Shown: positions 5,291 to 5,483 of the stretch, one piece after another | How positions within the stretch are numbered: the first letter of the stretch is position 1 | Layout of the letters: every line of letters starts with the position of its first letter | Source of the DNA: a virus | Lineage: Duplodnaviria > Heunggongvirae > Uroviricota > Caudoviricetes | Strand: one strand, 5' to 3' | IMG/VR virus record: IMGVR_UViG_3300039372_000053 | DNA: 5,483 nucleotides | Translations under genes and position numbers: made by a program | The notes under the pieces: generated by a model | What the model was told of the DNA's origin: nothing | Database searches by the model: none | The model's input: only the letters and a program-made list of their open reading frames with translations

Positions 5291-5483
5291 TGAGAGTATA
5301 CATGGTTTCAGTCAACTGCATGGTGCCGGGTGCCTCCCGGTGAATTCAGTACCAGCACCTGAATCCGCGATTATCCCATATACCTACTCGCTGATTGCCC
5401 CTCCGCACAGGGGGATTCACCATGCCAGTTTCTTTTAACAAACTCCCCGCAAACCAGACAACAGTCAACCGCCTGAATTGTGA

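Noticed and set aside
5253-5438. 61-aa plus-strand ORF
   Set aside because: It starts inside the terminator hairpins and has a Pro/His-rich low-complexity translation with no Shine-Dalgarno.
5310-5468. TTGACT hexamers on the minus strand as a possible late promoter -35
   Set aside because: No acceptable -10 hexamer lies at 16 to 18 bp spacing from either one. TATACT is only 9 nt from the second TTGACT and directly abuts the terminator.
1-5483. tRNA genes or a CRISPR array
   Set aside because: No T-arm motif (GGTTCGAATCC-like) with a cloverleaf context and no regularly spaced direct repeats were seen by eye on either strand.

Overview
This window is the packaging/lysis junction of a lambdoid enterobacterial prophage (lambda / phage 21 / DLP12-Qin-like), in reverse orientation to the conventional lambda map. 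Reading the minus strand from high to low coordinates: a bidirectional terminator pair, an S21-type pinholin with a dual start, a translationally coupled 114-aa gene, a SAR-type lysozyme, Rz/Rz1 spanins, a 10-N assembly gap and a Rha-family regulator. On the plus strand sit an AT-rich 136-aa gene and a DUF3950/YlcI-like gene, followed by an intact cos site whose cosN matches lambda, then the terminase small subunit and the first ~145 codons of the large subunit on the minus strand. The most unusual element is a ~0.7 kb insertion between pinholin and endolysin carrying two convergent small ORFs that overlap at their 3' ends, one antisense to the late operon with its own Shine-Dalgarno. All family assignments come from reading the translations and from recalled homologies; no database search, HMM or folding computation was run, and GC contents are by-eye estimates.
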